Shown: positions 14,649 through 29,205, counted from the first letter of the stretch. The stretch is DNA of 64,000 nucleotides from Octopus sinensis (GCF_006345805.1 NC_043001.1:35712001-35776000), one strand, 5' to 3'. Numbers and translations are program-made. Notes: generated by a model from the letters alone, not told the origin.

Positions 14649-15150
14649 CTGAAAAAACACAGGTTTTCTTATATAGACTTGCAGTCATTAATTATACACT
14701 GGTTGAATATAAACAAATTAGTAAAATCAACACTGAATATATCATGTCACGCCATACACAAGTGCATACGCAGTTACACTAATAAATACTAATACAGGTA
14801 TACCGAAACAAGCCAGTACACATACTCATACGCGCAGAGGGCACACAGATGCATATGTTCACATCCAGAACAACACATGTACATATACACATGTGTATAT
14901 GTACATATACACATACAATCTGTCTGTACTCGAATGACTGACTGGTTAGTATAAAATCTAAACACCGATTCTGCTTTAAAGGGGAGAAAAGGGAATTTCA
15001 GTCTAACTCTATACAGAAGGCCCCATTGATCCTACGAAGCAGCTGCTAGTATACGCACGTGTTACCCAACCAACGTACAGACGCGTAATATATAACAAGC
15101 GTTTACAACACCGCACTCATAGCAAAATACTCACACACAAGTATATCTTT

Positions 15151-15181
<31 letters not shown>

Positions 15182-15454
15182 TATATGTATCTATTCGTGA
15201 ATTTGTGCGAGCACACACATTAGCATCTCTTTATGTGTGTTTGTGCATGCGCGTATGTATGTGTGTTTGTGCGCGTGTATGTATATATTTTTTTCCTCTG
15301 TCTTCCCTTCTCTGGATCTAACCTTCTACTATGTTTCCGACGAAGAGCTCTTTCCTTCTTTCCTGAGCGTCCAATAATACTATATTTGTTCCACGTCCTC
15401 GCGTTGTTGTGTTTTTTTTTTGTGCTTTCTTATTTGGATTAACTATATATATAT

Positions 15455-15521
<67 letters not shown>

Positions 15522-17234
15522 CACGCACAGACATACATACAAATATATACATATATATATATACACACACAAACACAATCGTGTGGGCGCGAGCGTGTGC
15601 ATATGTGTATTAGTTAGTAAATCATTACGGCCGTATTGAGTGTCACGAATGGTTTCATTAGTAATAGATAGATATAAAAATAGATAGTGAAAGACAAGCA
15701 GGAACACTCGCACACATACTCACACTGACAAGCAGACAGACAGACAGACAGATAGAGCGAAAGCGAGAGAGAGAAAGAAATTTGAGTTCTATCTGGAGCT
15801 ATTTGAAATTTGTGTGGTGACAAATTCATGACAGTCACACTCTCCAATTGTCTTGCTCTGTGTAAGTGAATAGAGCTAATTATCTGTTTCGGGTTAGTAT
15901 TCGTTATGAATGGTTAAGCAGAAGATACAGGCACCTGAAGTTTCATTATATTTCGTTTGCCAGCTTCAAGAAATTTATACTTTATGAGATGCACACACTA
16001 TAAATTATGCATGCATACGCTTGTATACATGCATAAATACTGAGATATGTGAAATACTCATATATTCCCGCATATATATATACACACACGTACGCAAACA
16101 AAGCATATTAAAGTTATAGAAATGCAATATACACCTACACACACTCCAGTACACATACATATGAATACACGCAGGCATTTACAAGCCATTGATCAGCGTA
16201 GACTGATTCTCTAACAAACTTTTAAATGACAATATTCACCCTTTTAAAATATATACAACAAGTTATCAAACATATCTGTACAGAAACAATATATCACTTG
16301 CAAACTGCGAAAATATAGGGGGTTGATTAAGGGCTTCATTAATTAGCTTTCGTGTCCAACTTCCTGGCGTATAACGTGAACCCTGGTGAGACATTGATTT
16401 TACCAATTTGTGGCTAGGTGTATATAAATTTAGTGAAAACAATGTATTCCCTAGTTGAACCCGTACAAGCTGACCAGCTACAGGACTTATGATCCCTACC
16501 AATAAATGTGAATGTATGTTAGCTGATTTACCTTGTCTTATCTGGTCAACGATTAAGACATTGATGTATTGACAGCTAAGGTAATATCGAGCTTCAGGAA
16601 ACTCTAGACAAACATTTCACTGTTAGGTGAATGATAATTTGAGGTAGTGCCCACTGGCGTAATTGGCAATGCAGTTGCCCTCAGTTGCCCGTAGAGACAA
16701 GGTTAAAAAAACGTTGAGGGGTACTGGGGAAAAAACTACGAAGGTAAAAAAAATCCCCTCATTATATGCAAGGTCGATAAAACCAGTATTTATTCGTACA
16801 TTAGGAACAACATAGTATACACGAACACTGATTTTAAGGTGTTTATCAATGAAAAATGGAAACCTCTTTAAGACCTCGATATAATTCGAAACTTTAAGCT
16901 CTCAAAGGTCATTATCAAAAGCAGAGGCCGGGTCACACTAAATTAAACCAATATCCATTATCTTTAGCAAAGAAGTACTTTTACGCAACTATCATTTGCT
17001 GGTAGGGAAGCCGTATTTCGTTATGCAATCATAATATTCTACCAAGTATATTTAAGGCTTATGTGACAAGACTGTGCCCCTCCTGTGTTAGCTGTACTGA
17101 CTAAATATATTTAGTATAACGAAATACGGTGTCCCTACTAGCAATTAATATGTAAATTAGTATATCCTGTTATGTTACACGTCTATATTTGGTGGCTATT
17201 TAAACAACGTGTTCGTGGATGTTTAATGTGTTGA

Positions 17235-17287
17235 ATGTGGTGCTGAAGAAAGGGCAATAACTCTTGAAATATGCATATACAACCATT
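17235..17287 (+). ncRNA. Partly decayed minimal type I hammerhead motif (antisense to PTK7)
   Basis: CTGAAGA(17243)-AAGGG caataa CTCTT-GAA-ATATGCATAT-A|CAACCATT. 10-nt palindromic helix III, AUA triplet; helix I bulged; helix II closed by A-U rather than G-C. Confidence 0.5.
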
Positions 17288-17799
17288 GCTTATTTTTCTA
17301 TCTTCGCATTGTTTACGTAGACGTATTCGTATACGAAACCTCGTAACTTTCAGAGATGGCCCTAATTTCTATAGAAAATCTGCAGAGATAACTCTGAAGA
17401 GGAACCTTACATAACCGGACATTGCAATAGGAACATGTCAGTCGATTAGATTAGGAGCATTAAAGGGTTTACCCTACGGCATGCTAGAGGTCTGTTTGCG
17501 TTGTCCTTGCTAGGACACATTGCATTGAAAGACTAAGGAGTGAAATTTGTTCAATTAGTGTGGTGGCAGAGGTACATCGGGGAAACAAATGCGCTTTTCA
17601 TTCTCTGTTGGATCATAGCGAGCGCATACTATCCAATTCAAAACAGTTACATATGGCTTTGCCGCAACACTTGAGGGATTGTTTGCTGACATTGTAGGTC
17701 TGAATGCGGTAGAAAATGATGCCTAAGTTGAAGGTCTGCAGCGACTCTCGATTAAAGTCGCCAAGTGCTGTGAATATCTTATTCCAGCAAATGAAATAT

Positions 17800-18180
17800 C
17801 GTATATGTTATGTTTCTGTGTGAAAAGCAAATCACCGAGGCTGGCAGATCTCTTTTGTGAAATTTATTGCTACATGCGAGAATTATTCGTTACTGCCAGG
17901 GAACACTCACATTCCTATTCTTCGGAACTAAGAAAGGATTCGAACAAGAGATACGTAACGGGTAACTTCGGGACCGTATCTGTGACGAAAAATAGTATTG
18001 AAAATTTTGATAAAAGGCATCCACCAAACAACAGGCACTTGTCGCAGAGGCATAAACCTGTGCGATCCCCAACAGATCTATGTACAACAGCCTACACCTA
18101 ATACGATACACTGTAGAGCATGACAGGAAGAGAACTGGCGTATTGATCAATTTTAATCAGTCAAAAGCTTTCGGTACCTT
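17800..18180 (+). pseudogene. Decayed L1/Tx1-clade reverse transcriptase fragment
   Basis: TCAIPNRSMYNSLHLIRY...GVLINFNQSKAF resembles the RT motif region (GRSIxDNL...LDQxKAFD); RKDSNK...NFGTVSV resembles KKxxxxxxxNxRPITLL. Broken frames. Confidence 0.65.
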
Positions 18181-18868
18181 GTTGTTGCCAATGTGTAATA
18201 GGTTTATTTTTTACCTGTATTATCAATTGAGCTGTTTCACTTTCGTTTTAATCGATCTACACTCCGGCTATCATAGTTCATTTTTTTTTCTTTTCTGGCT
18301 GTCCCCAAAGGTGTAGAACCTTTGTGTCCAATAAAAAAAAAAGATTTGTATTTATATTCAAAATGTTAAATTACTAACAAAAATGCCGAAAACGTCGATG
18401 ATGATGGTGGTAAGTGTTCAGGGCGACGAGTGTAGTGGGTAAGACGACAAAAAAGTCTCTTGCAGAAAGAAGTATATACGATTCTATTTTTGATACCTAT
18501 CTCTATAGATACGTTCGCTAAGTTCCACTTGTTTGTTACGTTTCTCACATTTATTTTATTTCCAAACAATAGAATAAGAGAGAGAGAGAGAGAGAGAGTA
18601 AGAAAGAAAGACAGAAAGTAAGAAAGAGTCAAATGGTGATAAAGAGAGATTAGAAGAAAGATAGTGGAAATGTACAAAAAAAACAAAAAGAAAAGAAAAA
18701 GGAAGAAAGAATGCAATGAGGCAGCGATAAATTATATATTTTTTCCCTTCTATTAGCAGTGCATGAGATTGATAGAAAATTATATTTATTTCAACAATTT
18801 ATCGAGATTTAAAATATCGATAAACATTTAACAGAAATAATACTTTTATATGTACATTTATGTATGTA

Positions 18869-18922
<54 letters not shown>

Positions 18923-19594
18923 GTGTGTGTGTGTGCATGCGTGTGTGTGTATAAAAAGACGAAAATTATATTTAAGTTTGTATTTTTCGAGTGCTCGAGC
19001 GTGTGTATGCGTGTGTAATAATTTCTGTTGACACTCATACAAATGTGTACACATTTCAAAGTGTATCTATATTTCATTGTTATACATACACACACACGCC
19101 CGCACACATACATACACACACACACACAATCACCCACAAATATACATACAAACAAATATATGTATAAACACAAACGCACACAAATATATATTTTTGTAAG
19201 TGTATGTAATATATTAATATATACACATGTGTGTGTGTGTGTACCTATAATAAACACACATTTATACATACACTTACATATATAATATATGTGAGTGCTT
19301 GTGTGTGTGTGTGTGTGTGTAAACATGAAGCACACACACACATCCACACGCACGCACACATACACACGCGCACACACACATACAAAATTATATGTATACA
19401 CATTACTTATATTCTGTTGTCTCAGCATATAACGTGATTTACTTTTTCTCGAGGACATATTAAACATATTTCAAAACCATCCTGCTATAATCAGGTGAAA
19501 TTCGTATATCGAGAGAGATATTTTTTTACATCCATTATTCTTTACTGAATTTTGAAATGTTCTACATTTTTATAACCTCTTACTTTCTGCTTCT

Positions 19595-19614
19595 TTTCTT
19601 TCATATATATATAT

Positions 19615-19680
<66 letters not shown>

Positions 19681-19754
19681 CAATATATATATATATATAC
19701 ATACATATATATATATATATACATATATATATACATATATACATATATATATAC

Positions 19755-19805
<51 letters not shown>

Positions 19806-19827
19806 ACATATATATATATATACATAC

Positions 19828-19858
<31 letters not shown>

Positions 19859-19932
19859 CATATATATATATACATATTATATATATACATATATATATAT
19901 ACATATATATATATACATATATATATATATAC

Positions 19933-19963
<31 letters not shown>

Positions 19964-19976
19964 CATATATATATAT

Positions 19977-20016
<40 letters not shown>

Positions 20017-20055
20017 CATACATATATATATATATACATACATACATACATATAT
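19595..20055. repeat. Compound (TA)n/(TATAC) microsatellite; similar tracts at ~7440-7725, 27320-27580, 40670-41200, 57740-57920
   Basis: Directly visible; source of the many Tyr-Ile ORFs in the track. Confidence 0.95.
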
Positions 20056-21387
20056 CAGACTTATACAAATCTTTGTTGAGAATTCGTATGGGTACAAATC
20101 AGAATTAACACACGTATGCATATTTATTATATATATATATGAGCAGTATTAGGTAAAAATGATGTAAAAACACATTGACCGTTCAGTGTCGCCATCTATT
20201 GGGAATCTCAGACATCGATGTTTCAAGCTTGTTGGCTATTTTCGATGGGATGTACCTAAGAGAGGCAACTCTAAACAGACATACAAAGCTACAGCTTTAT
20301 GTATATAAATCGTTCACCCACGTTAACTAATTTGCGATCTTAGATTTCCCCACGTAGCACTTTCTTGTTGATCATGCTATCACAGAATATTCCACAATGT
20401 ATGTATGTATGTGTCTGTGTGTTTGTGTGTTATAAAGATGTTTACGTATCGTCTGACCTCCAGCTCCTAAACAGACAATCCTTCCTACCAAGCAGTCTCT
20501 GTTTAAGCGTCTATCTCGGGGATCGATATAACAACTGCAACTTCGCTTGCATCCAAAAATGTAAAGTAGTCCACCATTTTGGGCAAATGCAAATGATGTT
20601 TAGAGAGTGGCACTGACCCTGTGCAAGACTTTCTTTCTCTTTGAAAGGTTACAGCTGATGCATAGCTTGATTTTAAACATCTCTGTCATGTGTTGCTTAT
20701 ATGGCTGGCCACAGCCGAAAAAGAACTCGATGGAATGAAGACATGTGTTAACATGGGTGGTAAGATCTCTGAATATCTACTGCAAGAAGCAGTCATCGTA
20801 CCATGTGCAAAAGAGTGTAGGTCCCGGATCTAGTTGGTTTGTTTGCCAGCATTTCAAAAATTAAAGTTTATCGAAAATTTTAAAATTTGGCACAGAAATA
20901 TACTCTTCTAAGCTGAATTGCTGGAGTTATTATTTCACCTTTTTCCAGAGAAATGCTTTTATGAAAAAAGTTATAGAGGTCTTAAAGTTTGATTATTCTC
21001 GCCCAGTCAGGAAACAGGAAGATGTCATTTTGTGCGTGACTGCACATTTTGTCGTCAGTATCCTGAAAATTGCACGTTTTGTCAATATTTGTAACCGCGT
21101 GTTTTATAGTTTGAAGCATTTAATATGCATTTAATGCGATAGCACGATCTTAAAAGATTTATCCAAAAAACGTTATTTAGCTGTTATTTTTAGCACACAT
21201 CGCAATCACATCAATGACAAAAAGAAACGATTAAAGAAGTAGTTTTAAGCATTCAATATGCATCTAATACAAATGCGACGAACAACACGTTACAATTTCC
21301 CCCCCACAAATATACGAGTTTTAACAGAAAGATTTGGAAGAATTAGGTGAAAGATTTCCAGTAATTTTCTTTCATGCGAATAAATCC

Positions 21388-21795
21388 TTTTATTCTTTTA
21401 TCTATTTCAGTTATTTGACTGCACCCAAGCTGGAGCATCGCCTTTAGTCGACGAAATCGCCCCCCCAAGACTTACTTATTCTTTGTAAGCCTAGTACTTA
21501 TTTTATCGGTGTCTTTTGCCGAACCGCTAAGTTACGGGGACGTAAACACACCAGCATCGGTTGTCAAGCGATGGTGGGGGGGACAAAAACAGACACACAA
21601 ACACACAACACAAATACACACACGCACACACACATATATACAACGGGCTTCTTTCAGTTTCCGTCTACAAAATCCACTCACAAGGCTTTGGTCGGCCTGA
21701 GGCTATAGTAGAAGACACTTGCCGAAGGTACCACACAGTGGGACTGAACTCGGAAGCATGTGGTTGGTAAGCAAGCTACTTACCACACAGTCACT
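21388..21795 (-). mobile_element. SINE family A copy
   Basis: Full-length copy; boundaries approximate. Confidence 0.8.
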
Positions 21796-23159
21796 TTCTC
21801 AAAAAAAAAAAAACGTTATTTAGCTGTTATTTTTAGCTCACCTCACAACCATCTCAATGGCAAAAGGAAACGAACGTGTCTGTGGTTTACGATTAGCTTA
21901 AATCACCAAAATTTTCAAACTTTAATTGCTAATAACTCTTTATTTATTGGTTTATAACGAAAATGATTTTCATGTCATTCAATAACCAATAAAAGTGTAT
22001 CATTACACTGAATATTAAATCAATTCCAATAGAATTGATGCTGGCAGCCAACCCGACTAGATCCTAGGTCCATAGGAGAACTGATAGGCCACTTACGTGC
22101 TGCTCATGATGATATATAGCTCGTATTCGAGTCTCATCCATCACACGCATGTATGTACACACACACACACTCACACACATACACACACACACATGCGTTT
22201 ATGTATAAATTTATGTATGTGAATACATGCACGCTCGCACGCGCACACACATACACACATACAGACGTCAATATGCATATATATATATACAAACATACTG
22301 CTATACGTATACATATGGATATGCACAAACATACACACATACATAAATACACACACACACGCACACACACAGACACACACACATATATATATATACACAT
22401 GTATGTATATAATGTATATGCACAGACATAAAAATATATGTATAGTGACAGCCGTACACATTCACGCAAACATGTATGTATATATGCGTACATACATATA
22501 CAGACATTGATAGACAAATGGATAGATTGACAGACAGGCAGACAGAGCTACAATAGATAGATACACAAAGATATATGCACATATACAAAGATTTATAGTT
22601 ACATATATATAAATATAATATATATATATATATATATAAAATCCGTGCCTTATAAATCACACAAACATATACACACACACACACAAATGTACATAGATAC
22701 ATACACACATGCCTGTATTTCTAAGGGACGGTTGCTAATATTATATCATAATGCCTCTAATTTCATCCCCCATTCTCTTTTTCCTAGTCGCACATATTTC
22801 TCTCCTCATCAATTTCTATTTTCGCCTTCAAAAATAAGTGATGAGATGACTGGAACATAATGTTATTCTCGTGTAGTTGAAAAAGTACCGCGTCATTAAG
22901 ACGTCGATAGCAAGACACAAAGTACCGAAGATATATGATACCACGTGGACTAAAGACGTGACACGAGGAAGATAATTGCCACGTTTCAGCGACTATATAG
23001 GTCATGGAAGAAGGTGGTTTATCATACGTACATTTGAAAGAAAATATGGTTAAAAGCCTTGACATTTACACGGTTCTTGTCTCGAGGCTGTGTGTCACTG
23101 TCGCAGGAAATTTTGAAGTTATTAATGGCGATGTTAACTGGTTTTAGATGTAAACGATA

Positions 23160-25315
23160 GATTGAGTGATCATGGATGGATATGGGAAGATGTAAGAGAA
23201 AAATACACTGTATATGTATATGCGTAAATGACTCGTAAAATGGGAGAGATATATAAAGCTGGTGCGTTTTATAAGGGGCTGGTGGTAACTGAGCAAGCTT
23301 GTTTTTCGCTGATGGCAACTGAACTAGCTTGTTTGAAAATTTATCAACTGACTATGTCTGTTATATTAATCGACTGGCTGTGGGTAGTTGTGGCTGTCAT
23401 TCAGAATGCAGCCAAAGAAGAATTATTAAATATCAGTGACCGTGTAATATGTAATAACTGTAGACTTTCGTGGACAAGATATCAAACGACAGTAATCTGA
23501 ATTTAGCGGCTGCCACAATGCGGCATATTTGAAATAAGTGGAAATGTGGTAAAGTTATAAAATGTGAATATGAAAGTAATATCAATTGATAGATTGACTG
23601 TGATGAAAGTATCGAGATTATGGATACGAGAAGATATACGAGATAAAGGCAATGTATATATATGAATGCGTAAATGACTCGTAAAATGGGAGAGGTATAA
23701 AACTCGTGGGTTTTATAAGAGCTGATGGAAACTGAACTAGCTTGCTTGGAAATTTATCTACTATGTTATATTTATCGACAGGCTGTGGGTTGTTGTGGCT
23801 GTCATTCACAAGGCAGTCGAAGAAGAATTATTAAATATTTCTGACCGTGTATAATGTATAGACTTTCTACAATAAAACTGTAGACTTTTGTGGAGAAGAT
23901 ACCAAACTACAGTAATTTGAATATAGCGGCTGTGACAATGGAGCATATTTAAAGTTAGTGGGAATGAGGTAAAGTTATAAAATGTAAATACGAAAGTATC
24001 AGGTCATCCCATAAGTTCTGTCCGAATTTTGATTAAAGAAAACAAATGATCAAATATTATATTTAATTGAAATTTAATCATCACTGTACTTTCTCTGATT
24101 ATCTATGACTTCCTTCTATCTACTTACAAGCTTTTTAATCCTATCAATGTAAAACTCTTTTGGTTTCAAAGTGAAGAACTCTGATATGTCAGTTTCGACC
24201 TCCTCCTTGCTTGCAAAAGTTATATCCCCCAAATGATTCTGTAAACTGCGAAACAAATGGTAGTCTGAAGGAGCAACGTCAAGAGAATAAGGTGGATGAG
24301 GAATTTTTTCCCAACCAAGCTCTTCGATCTTCTGTGATGTGATCTTTGCAGTGTGGGATCGCGCATTGTCCTGACAAAACATCACTCCTTTTCGATTCAT
24401 TAAAGCGGGTCTTTTTGTCTTCAAATTTTGGTTCAAACGCTCTAATTGCTGAGAGTAGACTTGAGCATTGATTGTTGTATTAGGTGGTAACAATTCAAAA
24501 TAAATTACTCCTTTGCAATCCCACCAGATAGAGAGAAGAACCTTTTTTCCCATGAAGTTCCCTTCTCGGTTGTTTTTGAGGTTTTTTTCCCCTTTTAATA
24601 AGCCAATGTTTACAACATTTAATATTTCGATAGAAGATCCATTTTTCGTCACCAGTCACAAGTCTATCCAAAAAGGGTGAAATAAGTTCGCGAAAATAGA
24701 GAAGAGCAGATGTCAACTCGGGATTTGCGGTTGCTTTTGGACAATTCATGAGGCATCCATTTTCCAAGTTTAGGAACCTTTCCAAGTTGTTGAAGATGAC
24801 GATGGTTTGAACTCAGCTTTATTGTCAATTCTTCAACTGACAATGCAGGATTTTCTTCAAGTAGTGCCTCAAGGAACTTATTATCAAACTCAACTGGACG
24901 TCCTGTTCGATCTTCATCTTCAAGGCTGAAATCTCCACTTCTGAATTTTGCAAGCCATCTCCTGCAAGTTCTTTCATTCAAGCATTCTTTCCCATAAACT
25001 GAGTGTATGTTTCGAGTCGCTTCGGCAGCAGAGTTTCCTTTAATGCTCATAAAGCATTATGTGCCTAAAATGCTCTTTGGATATTTCCTTGTTAGAAAAG
25101 GTTTTAACCAAATAAATTTTAATTCTATTATTCTGTAAAATAATATTTAATTAGTTTAAATGTACACAAATGCATAAAAAATAATTTTTAATTCCATTAG
25201 ACATTCCAAAATACTAATAAATTCCATTCAATATTAAAAAAGGTAAAATCGGACAGAACTTATGGGATGGCCTGATAATATCAATTGATAGATTGACTGT
25301 GATGAAAGCATCGAA
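23160..25315. repeat. Old ~420-450-bp tandem duplication; second copy interrupted by the mariner
   Basis: TGCGTAAATGACTCGTAAAATGGG at 23221 and 23667; ATCAATTGATAGATTGACTGTGATGAAAG at 23581 and 25280. Confidence 0.85.
23999..25275 (-). mobile_element. Full-length frameshifted mariner (DD34D) transposon
   Basis: TIR TCAGGTCATCCCATAAGTTCTGTCCGA and its near-perfect inverse; TA TSD at 23997-8 and 25276-7; transposase split over ORFs 24664-25050, 24495-24785 and 24116-24652 (TGDEKW, QDNAR, PSDYHLF). Confidence 0.95.
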
Positions 25316-27570
25316 GTTTTAATCTGATAATTGGATCTAAACGGTGTCGCTAGATTTAAATATTTAAAGATCAATTTTTAAAAATAATATTTGAAGAATT
25401 TTTTTTTCTAATATTTGAAGAATTTTTTTACTGATTATAATTGTATAAGAAAGATCAATCAGTTAATACTTTAAATAGTTCATTCCCTTTATGTTCAAAG
25501 AGATAGAGTTTTAATATATCCATATGTCTATGTAAGAGTATGGGGTGTTAGGGTGTCGCTGTATGCCAGCAGTTGAGTAATATAGCATTGCATTAATTGC
25601 AGCAACATGTATCTAAACAGCATACGTTAAAATAGAAAACGGGGGCATATTTGTCGGCATGCTTGCGTGTGAGGGGGAAATGTATGTATGTATGTATGTA
25701 TGTATGTATGTATGTATACACAGACACACATACAGACAAATATATACACCTATTTACATGTATACACATATTTACATATGAACACTACATTACATAAATA
25801 TATATATATATGCGCACCCATATAAATATTTGGGAGGGTTGGAGTGGGGAGAAACAGATATCAAATTAATTGGTTTCTTGCGCATTTATATTACGTGCGA
25901 AATGAATGTGAAATAAGAGATAAAACGTCAATTGTTTTCCAAACGTTTCCATGACTTCAAAAATATATAAACGTACACTCTGAACTACTTAAAAAGTGGC
26001 ACATATTTTATGACTGTTTTATATTTTATGTAGTAACAAAATTTATAAAATGCGCATAGCGTAAAGGAAAACATATTTCATCTTTTCTTTTACTTGTTTC
26101 AGTTATTGGGCTGCGGCCATGCTGGGACACAACATTGAAGAATATTTAGTCGAATGAATCGATCCCAGTACTCATTGTTTTTCAAAGCCTTGCACTTATT
26201 TCATCGACCCTCTTTTGCCGAACCGCTAAGTACGGATCCGTGAACACACCAACACTGGTTGTGTTGTGAAGTGATGGTGGGGGAAAAGACACACACACAC
26301 ACACACACGCACTCTCTCTCTCTCGTACATGTCTGTCTGTCTATCTAGCTATCTATCTATCTATTGAAGAGGAAGGTGAGAGTAGAGAGGGAAGTTTTAT
26401 CTAGTGAATGTTTCAAAAGAAGATGGGTGAATGTAGCAAGGATGGCACGTGTGAATGACGGAGCCAGCTTGAGCATAATCCTGGGAACCAAAAAGACAAA
26501 AAAAAAAACGAAAGGAAAAAAGAGAGCCACTTATTGTAATATGTTTTCTTTTTGCATGAAACTATTGCTCAAGGTTTCCGTGGTCTTTTCCGTAGGCTTT
26601 TCTATCCGCGGATAAACCTAATCTGTTTTCCCTTTTTACATTGACATTTCTGTGATACATGATCCCTATTGATCGTCCCCACTTTTTTTCACGATCCCTT
26701 TTGATCGGAATTCGACCCACTTTTTTCCTTCTCTTCTTCCCAAAAAGAAAAGCTCTACTTTGTATTTTGTCCCATCTGTGTTCAGCCCTAAAGAAATATA
26801 TATCTCTATCTATATCTAAATATATAGTAAATTCAAATAATCGCTTCAAATAAACGAGTAAAATTAACGGACAACGAGGACGCACATAAGGAATGTATCA
26901 GCTTGACGCTCGGTGAAAAGAGAAGGTTTGACGTTTCGTGCATAGCGCCTAGTCGGAAAGGAGAAAGGGAAAAGTCCAGGGTTAGGGTTAGGGAAGAAGG
27001 AAAAGAAATCGCCAACAGCACATACATGAGCACAAACACATATATACATGTATGTACGGATGTTTGTATACATAGAGACAAGCATAGAGTAACGAAATAT
27101 GCCTACAACGTTCTTCAATGCGAACAATGTTTCAGGCAATTTAGATTTATTATTAATATTCTGATAGCATTTACATACATGTATTCATGCATAAATCCAG
27201 ACATATTTGCACACGCTCAAATAAGAATATATATATATGAAAATATACGCGTGAATATGTATGCTTACACACACTCACACGCACACGCACACACATACAC
27301 GCACATACACATACACACACACATACACACATATATATATATGTATGTACATACATATATATATACATACATATTCATATACATATATCTATATATGTAC
27401 ATACATATATATACATATATATTCATATACATATATATACATATATATTCATATATTTATATATACATACACATATACATATATATATATATACATACAT
27501 ATATATATATACATATATACATACACACACCCACATATATATATACACACATTCATAATTATACATATGC

Positions 27571-27604
<34 letters not shown>

Positions 27605-27850
27605 ACGCACAAATGTGTAAATATATAACTGTATGCGTGTATTTATTCACTCTTTATAATTGGTTTTTTCCATTCATTTTTGATCGTTTTCAGTTATTTG
27701 GTATCTGGATGGATGTAAAAAAAAATAACTTTGTTTGGGAGAGGTTATATGTTTACAGCAATAAATTATACTGATTACGGCTAATTCCAGAGCTACATAG
27801 CCGACCAATTATAAACATTCTTCTGATTGCAAGACAATTAAAAAAATCCC

Positions 27851-27902
<52 letters not shown>

Positions 27903-28955
27903 TGATGATGATGATAATAATAATAGTTCTGTTTTATATAATGTAGGAATAATTAATAACTTTTAAAATATTCATTGTTTTGTATGTAATGGGGTGTAAA
28001 TTATATATTTTTTTCCCCATTGGTTTCTATTTTTCGTATTATAAACACTCGAAATATTTGCGATGATGTATTATCAAGAGACATAATTTTTCATACATCT
28101 TATGTTTCTTTTTCTTTTTTTTTTATTATTATTTTAAATGTTATTAAGACTAGTATTACTGTTTTTGCTGATGGCTGCTGTTGTTGTTGTTGTTATTATT
28201 ATTATTGTTATTATTATTATTATTGTGTTGTTGTGGTAATATTTCACTTGATATAAAACGTTGAACATTCTTGTCATCCACAATCAGTGAAATTATTAAC
28301 GATGATTTATTGCACAATCTGTGTAGAGTGCACGATGTTCTTCGTCGCAGATTGTGAGCGTTAATAGTTTTAAAATTTAGAAGAATTATAGTTAGTTGTG
28401 TTACACAGTAGCATTCTTTTTTTTCAAGCAGGACCCCACACACACAAAAGAAAAAAACAAAAAACAAAAAGAAATAAAAAAAAAAAGGAGAGAAAAATTA
28501 ATTAGAAATTATGCTATGCGTAATTATTTGTCTTAAAGAAAGTGAAACGAAGGAATGAACGACTGCCTGATTGGAGCCAAAGTAAAATGTTTGATGTATG
28601 GTAGGTTTTTTTTTTTCCAGAAATGCTTTCTTAATTTTCTGTTGTGATTTTATTATTCAACCTATTAGAGTAACTTCCCTTTTATTCAACAGTTTTTCAT
28701 GGTGTCTGTTGCCAATAATATATTTCTTTATTGCCCACAGGGGGCTAAACATAGAGGGGACAAACAAGAACAGACAAAGAGATTAAGTCGATTACATCGA
28801 CCCAGTGCGAAACTGGCCGACGAGAATGCATTGTAACTCTTCGCTCTGATATTCGAAACTCCGACTACTATAGTGAAAACAATTTACTGTTTGTTCTAAA
28901 ATAATCCTCTATTTATCTAATATCCAAATCTCATTCTTTTGTTGTTTCTTCTTCT

Positions 28956-29050
<95 letters not shown>

Positions 29051-29081
29051 AAGTAATATGTGACAATTATTCGGTAGCCAT

Positions 29082-29142
29082 GATAAGACTCCGAGTTTCG
29101 GATGTCGAGGTGGAAATCCACGCCTCCGTCTCTTCAGTTATC
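29082..29142 (-). ncRNA. Type I hammerhead ribozyme motif, copy A (sense to PTK7 pre-mRNA)
   Basis: Minus strand: GATAA-CTGAAGA-[imperfect helix II, G-C closing pair]-GAAA-CTCGGAGT-C|TTATC. Helix I 5 bp, near-palindromic helix III ACTC-G-GAGT, GUC cleavage triplet. Confidence 0.7.
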
Positions 29143-29205
29143 CACCCATCGGAAAATATGCTATGAAAATGACCGTTAACCAAAGGGAAAACCTATATAT
29201 ATATA

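Noticed and set aside
16266-16502. Non-repetitive 78-aa minus-strand ORF in an intron
   Set aside because: No recognisable motif and no clear splice sites; this length is expected by chance.
18799-20121. Long ORFs rich in YI/CV/HT/YLSI (also 10789-12036, 26903-27628, 40636-41250, 57467-58105)
   Set aside because: Translations of (TA)n, (CA)n and (GATA)n microsatellites that lack stop codons.
26978-26993. GGGTTAGGGTTAGGG telomere-like motif
   Set aside because: Only about two units, inside a repeat fragment; too short to call interstitial telomere.
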